A stretch of DNA of 64,000 bases from Candidatus Eiseniibacteriota bacterium (GTDB lineage: Bacteria > Eisenbacteria > RBG-16-71-46 > SZUA-252), in contig JANMQV010000171.1 of NCBI GenBank assembly GCA_031370645.1, positions 23,810 to 87,809 of the forward strand. The letters are read 5' to 3'. The notes under the pieces are model-generated. The model had not been told where the DNA came from. It ran no database searches and saw only the letters and a list, made by a program, of their open reading frames with translations. Of this stretch, positions 61,461 to 64,000 are shown piece after piece. The position numbers and the translations under genes were made by a program. How positions within the stretch are numbered: position 1 is the stretch's first letter; each line of letters opens with the position of its first letter.

Positions 61461-62791
61461 AGGAATCAATGACCCCGGCCGCGCCGATGGCGCACCACAC
61501 CACGCCCTCCGGTGAACTGTATCCCGGCGCGGTGAATCTCGACCCGGTGCGCGCCGCGCACCGGATCCTCTACGAGAAGCGCGACACGATCACGGCCGAC
61601 GGCAACACCGCGGCCGCTCTCGCCACGCTTCAAATGTGGCGCTGCATTCTCTTCGCCGGATTTCCCATTACGCCCTCCACGAAGTACATCGAGACCGTGG
61701 CGGCGCAGATCGCACAGCAGGTCGGCGGGAAGAAGCGCGTGAAACTGATGGAAGCGGAGCATGCCGTCGCCGACTACCTGGTCGGCGCCGCGGCCGCCTG
61801 CCGCGACCTCATCTTCCCGACCGCGACGAGCAGCGTCGGTCTCGACCACATGACCGAGACGACGCGTTCTCTCGGCGCGAGCGGACTCGGCAATGTCCTC
61901 CTCATCGACGTCTATCGCGCCACCGCGAACTTCCCCCTCTGCATCGAGGGCGATCCCTCCGACACGCTGGCGCACCGCGACGACGGCTTCATCCAGATCG
62001 CTTGCCGCGGGAAACAGCAGATCTACGACACGATCGTTCAGTCGCCCTGCCTCGGGATGCATCACGAGGTGATGACGCCCGTGATGCCGGGCTACTACGG
62101 CATCAAGGACAGCCACCGAAACGCGCGCCTCCTGGTCGAACCCGATCGGGAGATTCACGCCTTTCAGGATCGCTGGATCAAGCCGTGTCCCTTCCCGGGT
62201 CTCGTGAACGGCGATACGGCGTTTGGAAATTGCGTCACGTCGCGGCACTTCCAGGGATTCAAGGTCTCGCAGAAGCGGCGGATGGAACGGGTGCTCGACG
62301 TGCTGCCGCTCATCAGCGCCGACTTCGAGCGCCAATTCGGACGGCCCGGCCTCGCCTTCTTCGACGCGGCCGGCTTCGATGGAGACGGCGCCGTCGATCT
62401 CGCGGTCGTGAGCCTAGGGCCGGACTTCGGCACCTTCGAGGCGGTGCGCGAGGACTACGCGAAGCGAACCGGCCTTCGCGTCGCGGGGATCGCGATGCGC
62501 CTTCTCACGCCCTTCCCGCGCGATGCGGTCCGCAAGCGCCTCGAGCGGGCCAAGGCGGTGCTGGTCGTGAACCAGGCGCATCACCACGGGCGAGGACACC
62601 TCACGCTCGACGTGGCCGACGCGCTGGCGGATCTTCCGTCGCCGCCGAAGATCGTGAGCGTATTCGCCGGCATGGGCGGCGCCGACGTCTCCGTGGAGAA
62701 CTGGGAGAAGATGCTCGACCATGGACGCGGCGCGCTCGAGGGGCGGGCGCTCCCACCCTGGGCGGTCTTCCATGAAGGGAGGACGCTATGA
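61457..62791 (+). CDS. porA: Divergent pyruvate-type 2-oxoacid:ferredoxin oxidoreductase alpha subunit
   Basis: GN.AAA, FPITPST, EAEHA, TATSS.GL, PFP, GMGG.D; substrate uncertain. Confidence 0.82.
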   Translation: MKESMTPAAPMAHHTTPSGELYPGAVNLDPVRAAHRILYEKRDTITADGNTAAALATLQMWRCILFAGFPITPSTKYIETVAAQIAQQVGGKKRVKLMEAEHAVADYLVGAAAACRDLIFPTATSSVGLDHMTETTRSLGASGLGNVLLIDVYRATANFPLCIEGDPSDTLAHRDDGFIQIACRGKQQIYDTIVQSPCLGMHHEVMTPVMPGYYGIKDSHRNARLLVEPDREIHAFQDRWIKPCPFPGLVNGDTAFGNCVTSRHFQGFKVSQKRRMERVLDVLPLISADFERQFGRPGLAFFDAAGFDGDGAVDLAVVSLGPDFGTFEAVREDYAKRTGLRVAGIAMRLLTPFPRDAVRKRLERAKAVLVVNQAHHHGRGHLTLDVADALADLPSPPKIVSVFAGMGGADVSVENWEKMLDHGRGALEGRALPPWAVFHEGRTL

Positions 62792-63801
62792 GCGGCTACA
62801 AGGAGATCGCGCTACGCGATTCGTGCTTCCGCCCCGGCTCCACACTCTGTCCGGGCTGCATGGAGTCGATCGCGCTTCAAAACGTCGGACGCGTCTCGGA
62901 CAACGGCTCGAAGACCATCTTCACCATCGGCACGTCGTGCGCCGAGGTGTCGAGCCTCGCCTTCCCGAACGTGGTGGCGTGGGGCCGCGGCGACGGCTCG
63001 CCCGACGATTTCGCCAAGTCGTTCTCCATCATCCATAACGTCTTCGAGTCCGCGCCGACGCTCGGCGAGGCCGCGCGCGATGTCTCCGACATGCTTCTCG
63101 ACCACGGCGCGATCGACCGGTCGATTCAGGTGATCTCGGCGAGCGGCGACGGCGGCGCGTTCGCCATCGGGCTCCGTTCCCTTCTTCACACGATCTATCG
63201 CCAGTCGCGCATCACGATGATCGTTCTCGTGAACGAGATCTTCGCGAATACCGGCTTCCAGTATTCCCCCGCCACGACGCCCTTCGCCGAGACGAGCACC
63301 ACCCCGGTCGGCGCCGCGCAGATGGGAAATCCGCGTCTCCCGCTCGACTACATTCACCTCTCCATCGCCGCCGGCGCGGGGTTGGTGGCGCAGGTGAGTC
63401 CGGCGCACGGTAAACTTTTCGTGAAGACGATCGAGAAAGCATTGGCGTGCCCGACGACGGCCGTGGTCTTCGTGCCGTCGCCCTGCATCAGCGGCTGGAA
63501 GTTCGACGACGGCGAGACCGTGCACCTCGCGGAACTCGGTGCGCAGTGCGGCGCCTACCCGGCGTTCATCTGGGAAAAGGGAAAGGGCGGATCGGTGAAG
63601 GACTGTCCGGTCGAAGCGGCCGAGCGCCCGGCGATCGAGGAGTTCCTGGGACTGCAGCGACGGTTCCATCACATGGTGCAGAAGGATTCCGAGAGCGGAA
63701 AGTTCGTGCCGCGCGCGGGTCGCGAAGCGGACGTGGAGCGGCTCCGTTCCTGGACGCAGTCGAACGTGGAACGGCTCTACGGTCTGGCGGCGCTGCGGTA
63801 G
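62788..63801 (+). CDS. porB: Divergent pyruvate-type 2-oxoacid:ferredoxin oxidoreductase beta subunit
   Basis: LCPGC, TSC, FESA, GDGG...NE..ANTG.Q.S..TP, SPC..GW. Confidence 0.85.
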   Translation: MSGYKEIALRDSCFRPGSTLCPGCMESIALQNVGRVSDNGSKTIFTIGTSCAEVSSLAFPNVVAWGRGDGSPDDFAKSFSIIHNVFESAPTLGEAARDVSDMLLDHGAIDRSIQVISASGDGGAFAIGLRSLLHTIYRQSRITMIVLVNEIFANTGFQYSPATTPFAETSTTPVGAAQMGNPRLPLDYIHLSIAAGAGLVAQVSPAHGKLFVKTIEKALACPTTAVVFVPSPCISGWKFDDGETVHLAELGAQCGAYPAFIWEKGKGGSVKDCPVEAAERPAIEEFLGLQRRFHHMVQKDSESGKFVPRAGREADVERLRSWTQSNVERLYGLAALR

Positions 63802-64000
63802 CGCTCGCTACCCCCGCCGCCAACTCCCCGCGCCTTCAGCGATCGATCTCCCCGATCGACCGGTAAACCGGGCGCCCCGAACTCCGCATCAAGTCCCCAT
63901 TTCGGAATCGTAGCAGACCTGGAAATTCCCGGCCCCGGGCGTTACAGTCGCCGCGTCGCCCCGCCGTTCCTACGCCGAAGCGCACGGTCGCACGCGAGAC

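Overview
GC-rich (visually about two-thirds G+C), gene-dense chromosomal segment of a Gram-negative-type bacterium. I saw no rRNA, tRNA, CRISPR array, integrase or transposase. The content is mostly energy and carbon metabolism, left to right: (1) fatty-acid desaturase, ABC-F and RlpA; (2) a sigma54 module with a lipoprotein, an NtrY-like kinase and an NtrX/NtrC-like activator, two candidate -24/-12 promoters, and an unannotated 37-aa membrane ORF; (3) a cbb3 oxidase operon (ccoNO fusion, Q, P, G, H, TauE-like, I, S) ending in a secreted PGAM5-like phosphatase, followed by a Crp/Fnr regulator; (4) gdhA followed by a receiver-PPDK-like protein, an AmpG-like MFS and a beta-propeller; (5) a five-gene multiheme/Rieske/cytochrome b operon with 40 CxxCH motifs, whose cytochrome b has lost a heme bH ligand; (6) aceK-icd; (7) a tryptophan -> anthranilate -> anthraniloyl-CoA cluster that lacks kynB but carries a creatininase-family amidohydrolase; (8) apbE-rnfCDGEAB-korAB, with an N-terminally extended RnfA and an RnfE missing one Cys, divergent from a ferredoxin and an atypical 2-oxoacid:ferredoxin oxidoreductase. 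The best candidates for undescribed biology are (5), (7), (8) and (2). All functional calls come from motif recognition by eye, with no database searches. Many starts were re-picked from RBS or stop/start overlaps and differ from the ORF track.
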